This document shows, piece by piece, positions 9,501 to 24,500 of a stretch of DNA of 64,000 nt (position 1 is the first letter of the stretch; every line of letters begins with the position of its first letter). Both the position numbers and the translations under genes were made by a program. Source of the DNA: Candidatus Omnitrophota bacterium (GTDB taxonomy: Bacteria > Omnitrophota > Omnitrophia > Omnitrophales > Aquincolibacteriaceae); assembly GCA_049324575.1 (NCBI GenBank), contig JBMONI010000004.1, positions 43,960-107,959 of the forward strand, in the 5' to 3' direction. Under the pieces are notes generated by a model that did no database searches, was not told the DNA's origin, and was given only the letters and a program-made list of their open reading frames with translations.

Positions 9501-12500
9501 CCTACCGGTTTCCAGAAAGGAGGGATCGCCAGTCCCAACAAAAGCGCGAAGACGACCCCATACGCCGCCATAGGAATGACATGATGCGGAAGGTCCGATT
9601 TTAAAGCGGCCCACAGATGGTTCAGGAATTTGGTTTGGGCTCTGGCTTCTTCGATCTCCTCATCCAACGCTTCGATCTCCTCATCCAACGACAGACGAAC
9701 TTCCGCCCGTTCAGACGGTTCCGCGGTTTCTGCGTCTTCGGCCCCGCCCCGCTTTTCACGCGCCTCCTCCATGGCTTTTTTTCGGGCAAGTAATTTTTGA
9801 TATTTTTCCTCCGCCTTGATCTGCCGGTAACGAGCGTTTTTCAACAAAATAACCACGAGAAGGACTGCGACGATCACGATCGCTGTCCCGATAGGATCGA
9901 CGGGGATACCAAAATACTGAACGATCAGTTCCGCGATCGAACGGTTCGTGAACGACATCAGGGACGGAAGATCCGCGAGCCTCGCATGAATACCCAAGGA
10001 CCCGACCCCGATAAAACCGTTGACAAGGAATGCGAAGAACAACAGGCTCGATAGATACATTTTCAGCCCCAAGGCGATATTGTTGCGGTCCGTCGAGCTT
10101 CCCCCCGGTCCCAACAAAACCATCACATACCAGGGCAAGGTCCCGCGGAACCAACGCTGGGAAGCGCGTGCCACCATTTCTTGAAGGCTTTTGACGACCT
10201 GCTCGATAACGATCGCTGTGCGGACCACCAGCGATCCGCTCTGGAACCCTTCTTCATAGTCGTGGGACAGCTGATTGAAAAACAAGGTCGCAAAAGCACC
10301 CCCATAATGCCGCATCTCATACGCCCCCAAGATCCCGCCGCCAAAAACGTAGCCCATAAAGGCCCCGAGTCCGGCTCCCAACAATAAAGAGCTTCCGCCG
10401 ACCGCTACGATCAACAGCATACCCAAGCTGGACCCGAAAAGCGCTCCGAGGATCGAGCCTTGAAGGAAAGCCGCTTTCACCTTTTGATATTCATGCTTGT
10501 ACCCATGCAACCATCCATGGAGATCCACGATGAATTTCCCCGACGGGTCCGTTTGGGCGCTCGAGATCACCCATTTTGCATTGGCGAAAAACTCACCGAT
10601 GATACCGGCCTTGTGGACCTGATCGGCAAACAGTGTCCGTAAGTGATCGCTCATATAATAGACCGGCTGGCCAAGCGCATATCCCGGCCGCCGCAGCATT
10701 TCATGCAAAGACTTTTGGATCGAAAAGACCGCTTCATTCATCTCGATCATCAGCTCCCCGACCGATCCGATCTGCGCATCGGTGATCTCGAACTCATCCC
10801 TGCGACTGCGCAGTTCCCTCTGGATCGCATTCTGCAGATCACTCATCGACATCCGATCGGGATTCTGGATCTGCAGGTATTTCGTCGCGAACCAGTCCAG
10901 AGCCTTACGCCATTCCATGCCGATCTGGTTCTTTTCATCCATGGTGAACGCGTATTTGAGGCGGTTTGGATCATCCGTATCCAGCGCCACCTGTTTTTCA
11001 TACTCGAATCTCAAGACCAGTGAATCGATCACAGCCAATCGCTGCCGCGCCGCGGCATCCTTAGGATCTTTCGTCGCCGCTTCTTGGGCTTTCTGCTTTA
11101 ATTTATTAAAAGCTTGCTGATAGCGGTACGCATAAACATCCTGCACCTCGGGAATGGAAATGTCCGTGCCTGTTCCGTTCAAATAGCGCTCGGCTTTTTT
11201 CGGATTTCCCGCGATAAAAATATTCCGTCGATCTCTGAATTCGGCATCGGTCATCCGGTGTTCTGCTTCAACTCCGGGATTATCCACATGGACCCACCCG
11301 AGCTCGGCCAAATTGGCGAAAACGACATCCAACCTTGCGTTTGTCGCGACCGATGCAGGAGAAAGCTCGATCCCGCGCGCGAATAAAAGATCAAGTTTGT
11401 CCGGAACGTTTGCCTCTTCTTGGGCCTTCTTCAGCGCTTTTTGGGCTTTCTTCAGCGCATCTTGGGCCTTCGCCAACTCTTCTTGGGATGCCGTCGCCGC
11501 TTCTTGGGCACTCGGCGCTTCTTGAGCCTTCCCCAGCGCTTCTTCGGCCTTCTTCAGCGCTTCTTGGGCCTTCTTCAGCGTCTCTTGGGCCGCGGCTCGC
11601 ATCCGAATCAGAAATGCCTCAAAGGTCTCTCCCGGGGATGCCTCTTGGGCATATTTTTCAAGATATTTCGTAACCGCCTTGCGCACCTCTTTATCCTGGA
11701 CCATTAAGGTCGTACTTCCGGACTCGAATAAGGTCTTGAGGGCGACAAGGATGAACGCCGCGAACAAAACCGTCAAAGTGACACTCCACGCCAGGCTCGC
11801 TCCCAAAGCCATCAAAGCCCAATAGACCACAGGGCCAACGAAGAATGCCGTAATCCCCGCCAGGATCGGCATCGGAGGAAGCGATATCCCCATGAAACGC
11901 GTCTCACTGACGACGAGATTGCGTCCGACATATTTTTCGCTTTGGACCTCAGGGTATCTGGACCCGTCTCCCAAGAATCTCAATTGATCGACCATGGACC
12001 CGTATTTCTTGGAAATGTTTTTGATCGTTTTCAAAGCGCCACGGTGGAAAAGATTGAATCGGGCGAACCTTCCCTTCTTGACTTCCGCCTGATTCGTCAC
12101 TTCCACATCGATGATCTGATCCATCAAAAGAGCCGGGCCTTGGTAGCCAGTCTCATAGATCGCCAACGAGATATTACGGCCAGGATTCGCTTCACCGGTC
12201 GCCTGAATATTTGACATCACAGTCTTCCGGAAGGTATCCATATCCGGCAATCCCGTGATCACGGTCATGAGAACACGCTTATCGCGCGGCACACCCTGCA
12301 CGTTGCTCGGCGGAGGGGCCCTGTCAGATCGTCTTTGCGCCGCCGCGGCTGTCTCTTGCAGGAATTGCTGACGATCCCCAGCAATAAACTTCTCGAACTC
12401 CTCCAATTCCCTCTTTTGATCTGCATCCAATTCCGGCGCAGGCGGTCCCAACACCGCCGACATTTTTTTCTCGGAAACCGTTTTGTCCAGAGGCACTTGC

Positions 12501-15500
12501 ATAACCGTATGCGATAGAAAGCCGAAAAGCACCACATAAAACGCGGCATACCACGGCGCGATCAAACTAAAATCAGGAATGATCATCCCCAGGAAGAAGA
12601 CGACCCCCAACAATAAGGCGATGGTCCCGAAATAGAGCATATTCCCAAGGTGAAGGGACATTTTCGCTTTGATGATACTTTCATCCGCGGAATGCTTGTA
12701 ATGACGGATCCGCAGCCCATAATAGATCCAGGCGGTGACTGGCGCCCCTAGGGTCAAAAGCAATCCCAAAAGAGGCGCCGATGCATACAGCACGGTTCCA
12801 TAATAGGACAGCGCATACAAACCGCCCATTCCCAGGATCCACAGCGCGATCCCCTTGGGAGTGAATTTCTTGACCAAAGGCCGCCTCTCGCCGATTTGCC
12901 GGCTATATTCTTCGACATTTTTCGTAAACGCTTCGAGAGGATCCAGCGCTGCGCGGATCTCGGAACGTTGCAGATGCGCTTTCAGTTGGGCAAGGGCCTG
13001 GGTTCTCGCAACACGCGTTAACTTAGGATCGGCGAGGCGATCCAAGACCTCCTCGATCTGTGCGCGTTTCGATGCGATCTCTTCTGCCGTTCCGGAAAAA
13101 CGCAGTTTACGCAACGCCCGCCTCAGATCCTCGATCGAGGTCGTTCGAACGGTCCCTTCACGATACCGACGGTGACGAGAGGTAAGCCAATGGATAATAA
13201 GGGAAAGAAGCGCCATGACGCCGGTAATGCCCAAGAAAATGCTCCCCACCGCCACATGGAATGCCCCCCGGTTCTCCTCCCCCTTGCCGTATTTATCGTA
13301 TTCCCATGCCCGCCGCGCCAGATCGTGGCTTGCAAGAGGTTCCTCATGTTTGACCTCTTCGGGCCTTTGCACCTCCTGCGCGGTTTCCCCTTCTTCGTTT
13401 TTCACAGCTTGCGCAGGCGCTATCTTCAATCCCGTTGACAGAATCCGTTCGCGCAGCTTTTTCCGGAAGTTCTCGACCCCATCAAGCCATGGGTCGGCCT
13501 GCGCCGCCCCCTCCGCTTTCTTCGTCGTTTCCGCAGACGCCGATCTCCCGCCTTTCTCTTCCCTTACCGTCTCCCTAGGCGTCGTCAAATAGATGGTTTG
13601 CACCCACCGCATCGACTGTTGCCAGAGCCAGGTCTTCATGGAATTTTCCGAATCAATCTTCGTTTTTCGATAAGTTTCCTTTTGCATTTCCGGATCCGTT
13701 TTCAGATCCGGATTCTCGATCAACCCCGCTTCGTGCAAACCCAGATTACGGGTCTTGCTGATCAATTCAAGCACGGCATTGATCAATTTCTCATCAAAGG
13801 CCGCTCCGGCATTTCGTTGGACAAAACCGTGATCTTGATATTGTTGAAGAATGAACTTGAGATCCGCAACGATCTGCCGGGCAACCGTCTTTTTCAGAGA
13901 GCGGTCTGTAATGGCCCAATAGAATTTTTCGAGGACCTTGGACGGAAGCGCATCCTTGAAGCCCTCGCTCGCCAAAAGCTCATCGACAAAGCGCCTTGCC
14001 TTCCAGTCGACCCCGATCACTGCGCTGTCATCGTGTTGTTCCTGGGTTTCTTCTTCCGTAAAATTTTCGACAAAGTACCGAGTCACTGCGATCTCAAGTT
14101 CCCGCGCCCTTTCCAGGAGACTCTTCTCACCGGCCTCCGCCGAAAAACGCTGCCCTACGATCAAAGACGCGATCGCTGCGGGATCCAGCTTGATCTGAAA
14201 ACTTCGACTCGCTTCGGCAACAAAATCATGGGTGTCCTGCATGATCAAAAACAAGACCTCCCGGAATTCCGGAGTGTCCGTTTTGACTTGCGGATGTCTT
14301 TCTACAATGAACTGTATCAGGTCCTGAGGATCCCGGAAGGCGGAGCGATTCCAATACAAACGACGGCTCCACTTTAGGATAAAGTCGTTCAACGGCATTT
14401 TTTGGTCTTCGTCCGTCAGTTGCGGATCAAGCTCGCGGGTAAAAAGCCAATGCTTGAGATAGGTCTTCAAATTCTGATCGTCTTGCAGGAACTGGCCTTT
14501 TCGATAATCAGGTTTCCCTCCTGCAAGGACATTGCGAATACCCTCCGTCGCCACACTGCCGACGATCGCCAGCTGTGCGAGCTCCCCGGCGGCCTTCGCA
14601 GGTTTTCCCTGATGCTGCTGATCCAGGCGTTCACGAATTGCAACCCAATAGTTGAACTCCTCGGAACCCGGGACCAAGATCCGGCCTAACTGCGGTCCTA
14701 ACGCAAGAATCGTTCGCTGATCTTCGTTCGGTCCCAAGCTACGAAAATATCGCCCTAAGAAATCCCCCAAAATACGAGCTTTGGCGGCGTCTTTTTCCTG
14801 GAGGAGGGCTTCTTCTTCTGCAGTAACCTGATCGGGCTCGGTCCGTTTTGCCTGAGCCGCTTTTAATTTCGGGGCAAATCCCTCGTCGATCTTTTGAAGT
14901 CTCGCATCCAGAGCGGCCCCATTCCGGCCCGGCATTCGATTGGTGATCCCCATCCTCATTCGGAATTCCGGGATATCCGCATCGGGGATGCCCAATGCCG
15001 TCAGCAGCGCCGAAAGACCGCCTCGGGAAGCGAGTACCCAGTCCGAAAGAAAATAGCCGGGTGCAAAAAATTGCTCGTTCAATTCCGCGAGGCTCAACGA
15101 GCGGCCCAAACTTTTGCGACTGTACTCGAGCATTTTTTTGCATTGCGCGAAATAATTCTCATAGATCCTCTTGGGAAGACTCATTCGAACCAAAAAGTAG
15201 ATATCGGCTGCGGTATAGGCGACCTCCGGGATGTGCTCGCTGATCAGGCGGCGGAGATCAGGAACAGACCGGATCGCCTGTTCAATCTCGTCGAAGGTCA
15301 TGACCTCGCCCTGGGCGGTCCGAGAATCGGTCTGATCCAGCCACCAACTCGCCATCCCTTCCAGTTTATAAATACTGAAGAACTGTCGTGAGATACTGGA
15401 ATGGTCCTCGCCGAAATCGACCCCGCGATCTTCCCGCAACTCTCGTCCGAAATCCTTTTCTGCCTTTTTCCCCGTGATCTCGCCAAGTTCCATATCCACC

Positions 15501-18500
15501 ATGCTTTGCCCTTCGGCGAACATCAGGGCCAGAATATCCTTATAGGTCGCGAACCATCCGCGGATATCCCCTCCATGGGTCTGGATCTTCTTTTGCACGT
15601 CGTTCAAAAATCCTTCCACGAATTTTGATTTGAATTTCGCGGTCGTTTTCTGCTCCCAATCCTGATAATTCTCCGGCGGCTTGCGATTGATATCGAGGTA
15701 CTCCTGATGTTTCTGCATCAGGAACATCACCCGCTGCAATTCATAATGGTTCGTGATGCCATATTTTTCGCTTCCGATAGCAATCTCGATCTTCGGAACC
15801 GTCAAAGTCACATACATTTGCTGAAGTGCGTCATGGATCGCATCAAAATCCGATTTTCCGTCAACGTGGAATAATTGGGCGACCGCGTCGAACATCTCGG
15901 ACATTTCTTCGATCCTTTTGACCAAAACCTCCGGCTTCGCCGGATCAGTCACAAAGCCCGCATAGTAATCGATGATCCCCATCAGTTCGTAATAATGCGC
16001 AATCTTCTGATAATCCACCTTGGGCGTTTCGCCCGTCCATTCCCCGGCAAGATAATTCAGGTAAACGCGCATTTCAGGGAACATGGCCTGCATCTCCCCG
16101 CGATAATCCGCAGAGATCTGCAACTTGCCCAGAAAATCATTCAACGCATTGGAAGCCTCATTTCGGTCAAGCAAAAGCTTCATGATCTGCGGATAATTCT
16201 TCGCGATAGGACTATCCCAGCCGTGAAGCCCACATTGTTCGGCAAAGCTCAAAAGGAAGGACAATCTTGCCGGTTCCCGCCAATTCATGGTTTTGGCGTC
16301 CGAACCCGGCAAAAGGATCCCCAGCACCGCATGGACCGCCTTCTGGAAAGCGGGATCCTGGGTCTTCTCGAGAAGCTTCGTATAATCAGCAACATAAGCG
16401 TCGAATTTCTCTTCATTCTTTGGAGAATCTACGGTAATCAGACTTTCAGGATCCGGATAGATGGGAGGGATCCGGACCCCACCTCTTCCCTCCGTTTCCT
16501 CTTTTATAAGATCGACCCCCATGCGCAATGCGGCCGCGCGGATCGAAGAAAGTTTTTGCTTTTCCCGGCCCGAGACCATGAGAAGATTCTTCGCCAGGGT
16601 CAGTAAAATACCGTTATCGCGTCCGTCCGGCGATTTGATGTCAAGCCCGCCGAGAATAGTGCTCAACGGCTCTTTGATCCGTGCGGCCGTTCGCAAGATC
16701 AATTGAGCGATCTTGATCTTCTGCTCCGGGCTCAGGGATTCCCAATACTCCCGTTCCGAAGGATCGGCATTCGCCCAGCCCACGAACCCATCCACCGACA
16801 TGGCAAGACTCAAAAGCAATCCCATATCATCCGGATCCGAAGATTTCAATTCCCCATACAAGCGCTCCGCCTCTCCACGCAGCTTCTCCGCGATCCCCAT
16901 CCACTCGCTATATTTCTGCTGACGCTGCTGAATGGTCAGTTTTTTCCAGGCCTCTTTTTCCCCGACCCCTGCATAACGCCACGAATCGGCGTCCCCCGAA
17001 ATAAAACGCGCCGCGGCGCTAAGCTCAGCCTGTGCGATCGTGCTGAACGGATCCCGCTTCGGCCGGGAAACTCCCAGCGCAAAAAGTCCGGCCTCGGCCG
17101 CCCAACCCACCGCCGCAAATCTGCCGAAGGTCGGGACCGAACGTCCATCGGGCGTTTTGATCCAGAAAGCCGCTTCCGGCTCTGCCGATCGGGCACGCGC
17201 TTCATTGCTCCTCTGGACATCCGCCATAATACGGATATAGACCCGGAATTCATCCCAATCGAGCCCCATCCGTTCCTTCTCTTCATAGGCCGACCGGATC
17301 GCGGCATGGTGTTTGGGGTCATAAACATCCAGGGCCTCATACAATCCCTCTTGCAGCAGAATGGTCCTGATCGTCGGAGCCTGGCTCAGGAATTTTGCGG
17401 TCCGAAGAACGACCTCGCCTTGCTCATCCGCCGTTAGCGTAAGAATATCGGCAGCGCGGATCTCCTCGATCTTTTTCACCGGATGCAAGGCCATCTCTCG
17501 AAGGATCTTGCGCGCCTGTTCCATATCCTGTTCGATGGCAGCGGCATCTTGTCCTGCCTTTTTCGTCTGATCGAGTTTCTCCTGTACGGTGTGAAGCAGG
17601 TCCGAAATGATCCGGAATGGATCCGTGATCCCATACTTTGCTGCGAGGGTCTTCAGTTCCGGGGATCTTTCCAGGTTATATCGTTCGACCAGCAAATTCA
17701 GCATCTCGTATTGGATCGACGCCTTGGAATCTCCTTTGAAATGGCTCGCCCTTAGCTCCTCCTCGAGATCCGATTTTTTGGCTTCGAGCGCGGCGATCTC
17801 CAGATTTGCTTTGCGCCCTTTTTCGCTCCACATAGCCCGCTCGGAAGGCGTTGCCTGTTCCAAACCGGCTTCCGCCTGCTGCAGAAGCGCCTTCGCCGTC
17901 CGCAGATCGGCCAGCAGGAAACGATACTCCTGGGCTCGCAGAATTCCCGCATAATTGAAACGATCCGCCGGATACAAAGGATCGTAAAGAACGGCTTTTT
18001 GAGCCATCAAAGCCGCCACCATATCAAGGAAGGTCGAATAGGCTTTAAGCCGCTGGGATTCATTCTCGTGAAAGAAGTGGAGGCCGTAGGACTCAAAAAG
18101 CGCCATCGTGAGCTCAGCGATATTTTTTTGCCGGTCGAGATTCAGCGGCTGCCCTCCGTTTATTTTTTCCGCGATCGGCCTTAGCTGCTGCAGTTTCTTG
18201 TTCAGGTCGTCATAGCTGAGCGGCCGGAAGAACAAGCGCTCCCATACGTTATTCGCATTCTGCTTTACAAAAACGCGCATCAAGTGCGCGAAATATTCCG
18301 CGTCCGTTCCCCCGGGATGGATCTCACGCCATTTGGGATAGTTCATCTGATACTGCCATTCCGAAGCGTTCGCTCCGAAATTGAATTTTTTCAAGATCTC
18401 GAGATCCTCTTGAGTCGGCTGCATCGAATTCTTGCGCGTGTCGGGATTCATTTCCATCAGCGCATACTTCAAAAGGATCATCTCAACCGCCGCGGAATTC

Positions 18501-21500
18501 TCGAGTTCGCTCATCGGTGTAGCCGCAGGATCGAATCCAGGAACTGCATCCGGATTGTTCGCAAGGAAACGATAGGCATAGACAAGAACGAGGCCCAATT
18601 TGCGCATATCCACTTTCACATCCGTCGTTGAAGCCGTATCCATGCGAAGGCCGGTATTTTCCCGATACGAAAGCAGGGTTTCCAGGAACGTCCCCAACGG
18701 CAATGACAGGTCATAATCCTTGGAGATGGCATCGATATAAGGAGAAATATCCGCATAAGCCGCTGCAAAAGGACTCCCCGGGCGGAGCAGGTAGTTCATA
18801 TATTGGATCGCGACCAGCAGTTGGGCCTCCTTGATCTCGGTCGTCATCCCCAAAGACTCCAAAACACGCACTAGTACCGGCATCGTCAGAACGTCCATTT
18901 GGATATCCGGATCGCTTGGCTGGATCCCGATGACGATCGATTTTCCGCCTTTGGGCGCCGTCACGGTGATCGGGGTCTCGTGAGGGGTCCGGATCGTAAC
19001 TGCCCGAGTGATCTCTTCATCCGGTCTTCCCTCGATGCCCGTTACACGCATCGTTCCCTCTTTTTCCGTAACGGTAATCGCAACTTTTTTGAATTCATAC
19101 GGGACCGTTGCGGCATCATCCGCAAAAAATGAAACCGCCCCGTCCGGATCGACCTTGATCTTTTTCACGCCATCGAAAAGTTTCCGTGCCGTATCCTTAT
19201 CCAGTTCGATGTCAGTGGTCAGATCCAGGATCCTGTTTTCTTTAGTTCCATCTTTCTTCGTCACTTCAAAAACGACCCGAACCGTATGGGGGGTCATCAA
19301 AGAAAACCGGAATTCACCGGCATAGGTTTCATTGGCCGGGTCCGCAGCCGCGAGATCAAAGGCCTGCGGCAACTGGACCCCGAAAAGCCTTTGCGCAAGC
19401 ACTCCAAGTGCATTGGCCAATTCGACCTTTGCAACCGGAACCTGGGCATCCGAAACAACATCCTTCGGAAGGACCGGCATGACCATTTTATTGCTAAGTC
19501 CGTCGGCAACTTCCTGTTTATCGAAAGGCTCCGGCATCGGCTTTTTCTCAACCGCCGTTCCGGGAGTCGACTCAGCCGCTCGCGTCTGTCTTTCCGCGAT
19601 CGCCCCCAACTGACCCGCCTGTTCCGCCAAGCGGGCATATTCTTCCGTAAATTCCTTCGAAGGCTGATAAGGGACCGCGACGGGTCCTCTTGTGACGGCC
19701 AATTTCCCCTGGAGAAGCGCTTCGAGATAATTCGCGGCTTTTTCCACGTCGCCTCCGGCGAGCAAAGCGCGAACGGACGCCTCATACCATTCGCCTTCAC
19801 GTTGGATGTATTTCCCAGGGACCATATCGCCAAGGATGAATCCTGAGGTTCGGGCGCGCAGAAAATCGGCGTTGTCAAGCGCGATCGGAAGATTGAAGGC
19901 ATAGACCGAAGCGGCGCGGATCAGTACCTGATATTGAAGCAGGATCCGGTACGCTTCCTTAAGCCTGACGTCGTCGGTCTGCATCGAAGAAAGCTTGGCG
20001 TCCAGAGCCGCGATGGCATGCTGGATGGAAGCTTGCGCATCGACCAAATTGACCGCGACTTCTCCGTAAAGGAGCGTGCTGGTATTGATCGAAAGATGCG
20101 AATGGATCCAACGGCGTATGCCGGTCAGACGGCTCCTGAGTTCATTAGCTTCTGTCCCCTTCAAATGCGCGTTCAAGATGTTATCCCTCTCCAGAACGCT
20201 CAACACCTTATCCGAACTGTCAGCCAGAAGACGAAGGACATCCTGTCCGGCAAGCGGCATCTTGGGAAGCCGGAGCTCTCGGTCGGGATCAAAGCCCAGC
20301 CATCGCAAGAAGTTCTGCCGCGCATTGTCGACAACCTTCGCCTGGGTATCCACGGCCAGTCCCGACTCTTCGGCGATATCCGCGATCCTCTTTGTCGTGT
20401 CATCCGGCGTGGACGGTCCCGCAAGGGCATCACGCAAGGCAGAATTCCTCGAAAAACGGTATGTGTTGAGATCAAGGATCGCCGCGTGGGTTCTCAGATC
20501 CACGAACATATTCCGTCCGAGGGCGATCTGCTGCCCTCTTTCCGCGGCGTTGAGGAACCCGTGCTGGTCGGCCTGCAGACGGTCGATCCCGGGTTGAAGG
20601 TTATAGAACAATAATTCGAGCGGTTCGCTGATCTGAAGCGCAAGGTCCATGTTAAAAGGCATCAAGGACACCGATTGCTGCAGCCACATGCGATCGGTCA
20701 AGCGCTCGACCCAGCTCCGGCCCGCATGCCAGCGGTGATACAACCAGCGATGCGCGGCCACTTGATCGTCGGCAAAGCGATCCACAAGCCCATAAGCTTT
20801 CGCCGTATCCAAATCAAACGGTGTCGTGGCGCGGTCATTGAGCCAACCCGCCGTTTTAGCGCCGCGACTCGCTTGCGGAGGTTTAGCCGCCATCCCGGTC
20901 ACCATCAAACGCCAGGCAAGATCGCGCACATGGCCAAAATCGCGGAGCTCCTCGAGATCCGCCTCCAAAAGCCCTATCCGAAGCTCGAGCACATTACGGT
21001 CGGAACCTGCTCCGGTCTTTTTACGATTCTCCAACTGCTCAAGTTCTCCGCCGTGCCGCACTCCCTGAGGATCCGTATAGCCGGCGATCTCCCCGATCTT
21101 TTTATTCGCCGCCTCACGCTGTTTTTCCGTATTTTCAAGTGTTCGGCCCATCTGCTCGCGCTGAACAGCCTGCTCACGAACGAGGTCGAAATAACCCATC
21201 GTTTCCGCATGCCCCTCCGTGATCGAAGTCGCTTTTTCGACCTTAACACGATACTTCTTCCCGCCATCGAACCAGCTCCAAAGGATCCCTAAAAAGGACT
21301 TTTGTTCCGCTCCCTGAGCCTGCTCTTGCGCGAAAAGACCGTCCATCGCAAAGTAAGGGGCATCCCCGTAGGCCGGGATCACGATGAAATCGATCCCGCG
21401 GTTGCGATAGGCAAATCCCATCTGAGACAAAGCGACGGCCAGTTTGCGTTTCCCCCACGATTCCTCGGAACCGGCGCTGAACGATTCCCCCGGAAACCGG

Positions 21501-24500
21501 CGGTTGAACATTTGCTGTATTCTTTGACGCATGGCCGGCTCCCCGTCCCAGCCTTCATGTTGCTCGTTCCATCGATCCACCTGACCCATGAATTTCTTGT
21601 AATAGTCATTGCCCGGATCCGTATCGTCATAATCCTGCGGTAAATAGCCGTTATTCATCAGGCGAAGATAACGGCGCACCGTTCGGTTCATTTCTTCGGT
21701 CAAATTGGAAATGCTCCGGTCCAGGGCTCCGATCTGGATATCCTGGTGCTGGAGCGATATCCCGTATTGGGCTGCCCGTTCGGGCTTAGCGTCCATCTCA
21801 CGCCGATTCATTCCTTGCGTTTTTACAACGGCGTCGCGCTGCGCCTTCAAAGTGGCGATCCTTTGGCGGTCCGCCGCGATCACCTGATACAACTCGAGCG
21901 CTTGGACCATGCCTCCGCGTTCGGCGAGGACCTCTCCTTCCCGATGGGCTTTCAGCTTTTGATAGATCAGCATGATCTCGGGAACGCTGTCTTCACCCAC
22001 ATGGAACTCGAAATCCATCTGCAAGATCCGGAACTTGCCTTTTTGATCGATAAAAGCCTGAGGAACGACCTTTTGGAGTATGGCCTGATCGTTGTACGAA
22101 ATATCCCGGACCGTCGTCCGCCCGGCGAACCCTTCCGTCGCTTTCTTTCCCCGAAGCTGTCCCTGCTCTTCCAGCAAAAGGTCCCTGCGAACCAGGAAAT
22201 TCTGGGCCGCCTGGAGATCCAGCTCGATCTGTTCCCGGGCACCGCGAGTCCTGTTCAAACGGGCCTGGATCGCCGAAACAAGCTCCCGGGCGATCTGTTC
22301 CGGCTTTTGGCCGACATCATATTTACGCGCAAGCTGCTGCAGAGCCCGGTCCGTATTCTCAAGCTCATGCTGGAAAACTCGCGGCATGACCGCATCCAGC
22401 ATGCCGTAGATCAAAGCGCGTTTTGCCTTGGCAAGCGCCGCAAGTTCGCGGGTCTTTTCCCGAATAGCGGCCGGATCCCTGAGAGACTCCCGCTCTTTGG
22501 CGATCTTTTGCTCGCTTTTCATCAGTTCGCGAAGCCGGCCGCGGATCTCCCCCGGCCCCCGCAACGCAAGAAATCCGGCAAGGCGCTCCACCTCTTCATA
22601 CTGGAGCATGCTCTCCCGCTCTCCGCCGAAAGTCAGATGGCGCCCGGTCCGGTTCCGCGCATCCATATGAAGGAAAACGCCCGAAAGCCCGTCGCGCTCT
22701 TCGAGATCGACAAAATTGACATCCGCCGTTCGCGGAGGCAGCGCGGAAGGTTTGAAAGCCGTTTCTTGGTCCTTGCTGAGCCTGTCATCGAGATCGACCG
22801 CCGCAAGGTTCAATTGGGTCAGAAGATTGCGGGCTCCCTGCAGGTTCTTCTGAAGATCCGCAAATTCCCCGAGAATATTCAGGACCTCGCGGGCTGTCGC
22901 CGGCAGGGAATCCGAAAGAGCCCCGCCGCGGGTAGTATCAGCCGGAAGCGTCGTTAAGGCATCGGACAGGGCACCGCTCCGGTAATAATTTGCCTGGTCC
23001 CGGAGAAGTTTTTTCGCTTTCTCCCACTGCACCGCCGCATGCTCAAGGCGCTGTCCCAATTCAGCTTCCTCGATCGCGAGCTCACGCACCTGGGTCTCCA
23101 ATTGGCGTATTTCTTCCGCATATTCGCGCGCATGGCGCTGTTCACGGATGTCCCAATAGATCGGCGGCATGGGACGGTCTTTGGAGAATTCAACCGGCAA
23201 TTTGAGGTTCATGATCGCGGCCACCGGATTCAGACTGAAGTCGAGTTCGATCCCGAACCGGACACGAAAACGTTCGCGGCTTTTCTTGACCACGTCCTGC
23301 AGCTGCTCGCGCTGGTATCGGAGCAGCGCCACCTGGTAATGCAGGCCCCCTTCGCGGGCCTCTCCCGGATGCTGGTCGCGCATGCTGGTCGGCAAGGCGC
23401 GGGCCAAGGCTTCCTGGATCTTCGTGTCCTTTTGGGCAGGATCATTATAAAAAGCCGGGTCCAGGATCGCCGCCTCGAGATCGACCGCTTCATCCGGCAA
23501 ATAAGCAGCCAGCATTTTAAGACGGTCACGATCCGCGACATACGCCGCTTGTGCATTTTGACGCTCGAGACGGATCTGGCGGAGCATGGATTCCACGTTC
23601 CGCCCTCCAAAACGTTCATCCGCGATTTTTTGCCGGGCAACTTCCGGAAGATCGGCCAACTCTTTCTCCAATTCAACCAAGCTGTCAACGACCGAGCGGC
23701 TGCGGAGCATGCCGTTGATAAGCCCGGCAGCGGCATTGGTCAAAAAGACGATCCCTTTCTGCAATTCGACATCCGTAAAATCAACTTCAACATCGCCAAG
23801 CCGCTGGCGCGGTCCCTGCGAGGGGTCCCAAACCGGCCCTTCGAGCCTCACGAACGCTGAGACGCTTGCCGGCACCGCAGCCCCCTTGAGCCCGACCTGC
23901 AATTTCCACTGACGAAGCGCCGTCTCACGGCCTTTGGCATCGGCAAGCCGCATCGCCGTCGGATAGGTGGCCGCCGCATGCCGCACGACCCGCTGCAAGA
24001 AGCTATCAAGACTCACCCGCCGGGGTTCCGGCTGCGGTTGCGCCGGCGGTTCGATCGCATCAATCGTCCGGGCCGAGGTCTTATCGTCGATCACCTCGCC
24101 CAGGATCTTTTCGAGCAACGCTCGCTGTTCATCCGTCAGTCTCCCCGCCTGCTGGACATCCTGGATCGCCTGGACCGCGGCGTCACGGAACCAAGCCGCG
24201 CTCGTTTCGGACCAATTCGGATCCTCCTTGTGCCGGTCCTGGATCGAAGTCCGCATCTGCTGGACTTTGGGATCCTGCGATTGATTTTTCATAAGATGAC
24301 TGAACACGATCTCCCAAGGCTCGATCCCGGGATGCGCATCCCGCAAATTGCGGAACAAGGCCTGAACGATGCCGCCGGAAAGATCTCTCCGCGCTTGCAA
24401 TTCGCGGGCAAGAGGATTTCCCTCATAGAATAAACGTCCTTCAACCGCACTGATCAAAAGCTGCTCCGCTCCATTGTTCAGGCTCCCCACCGTTACCGCT

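Noticed and set aside
13598-14377. Numerous plus-strand ORFs of 100-480 aa inside the giant gene (e.g. 13598..14377, 21746..22957, 31058..32320, 33110..34384, 35231..36496, 31578..32318 on the minus strand in another frame)
   Set aside because: All are embedded in or antisense to the single 9,994-codon frame and have Arg/Pro/His-rich low-complexity products. They are artefacts.
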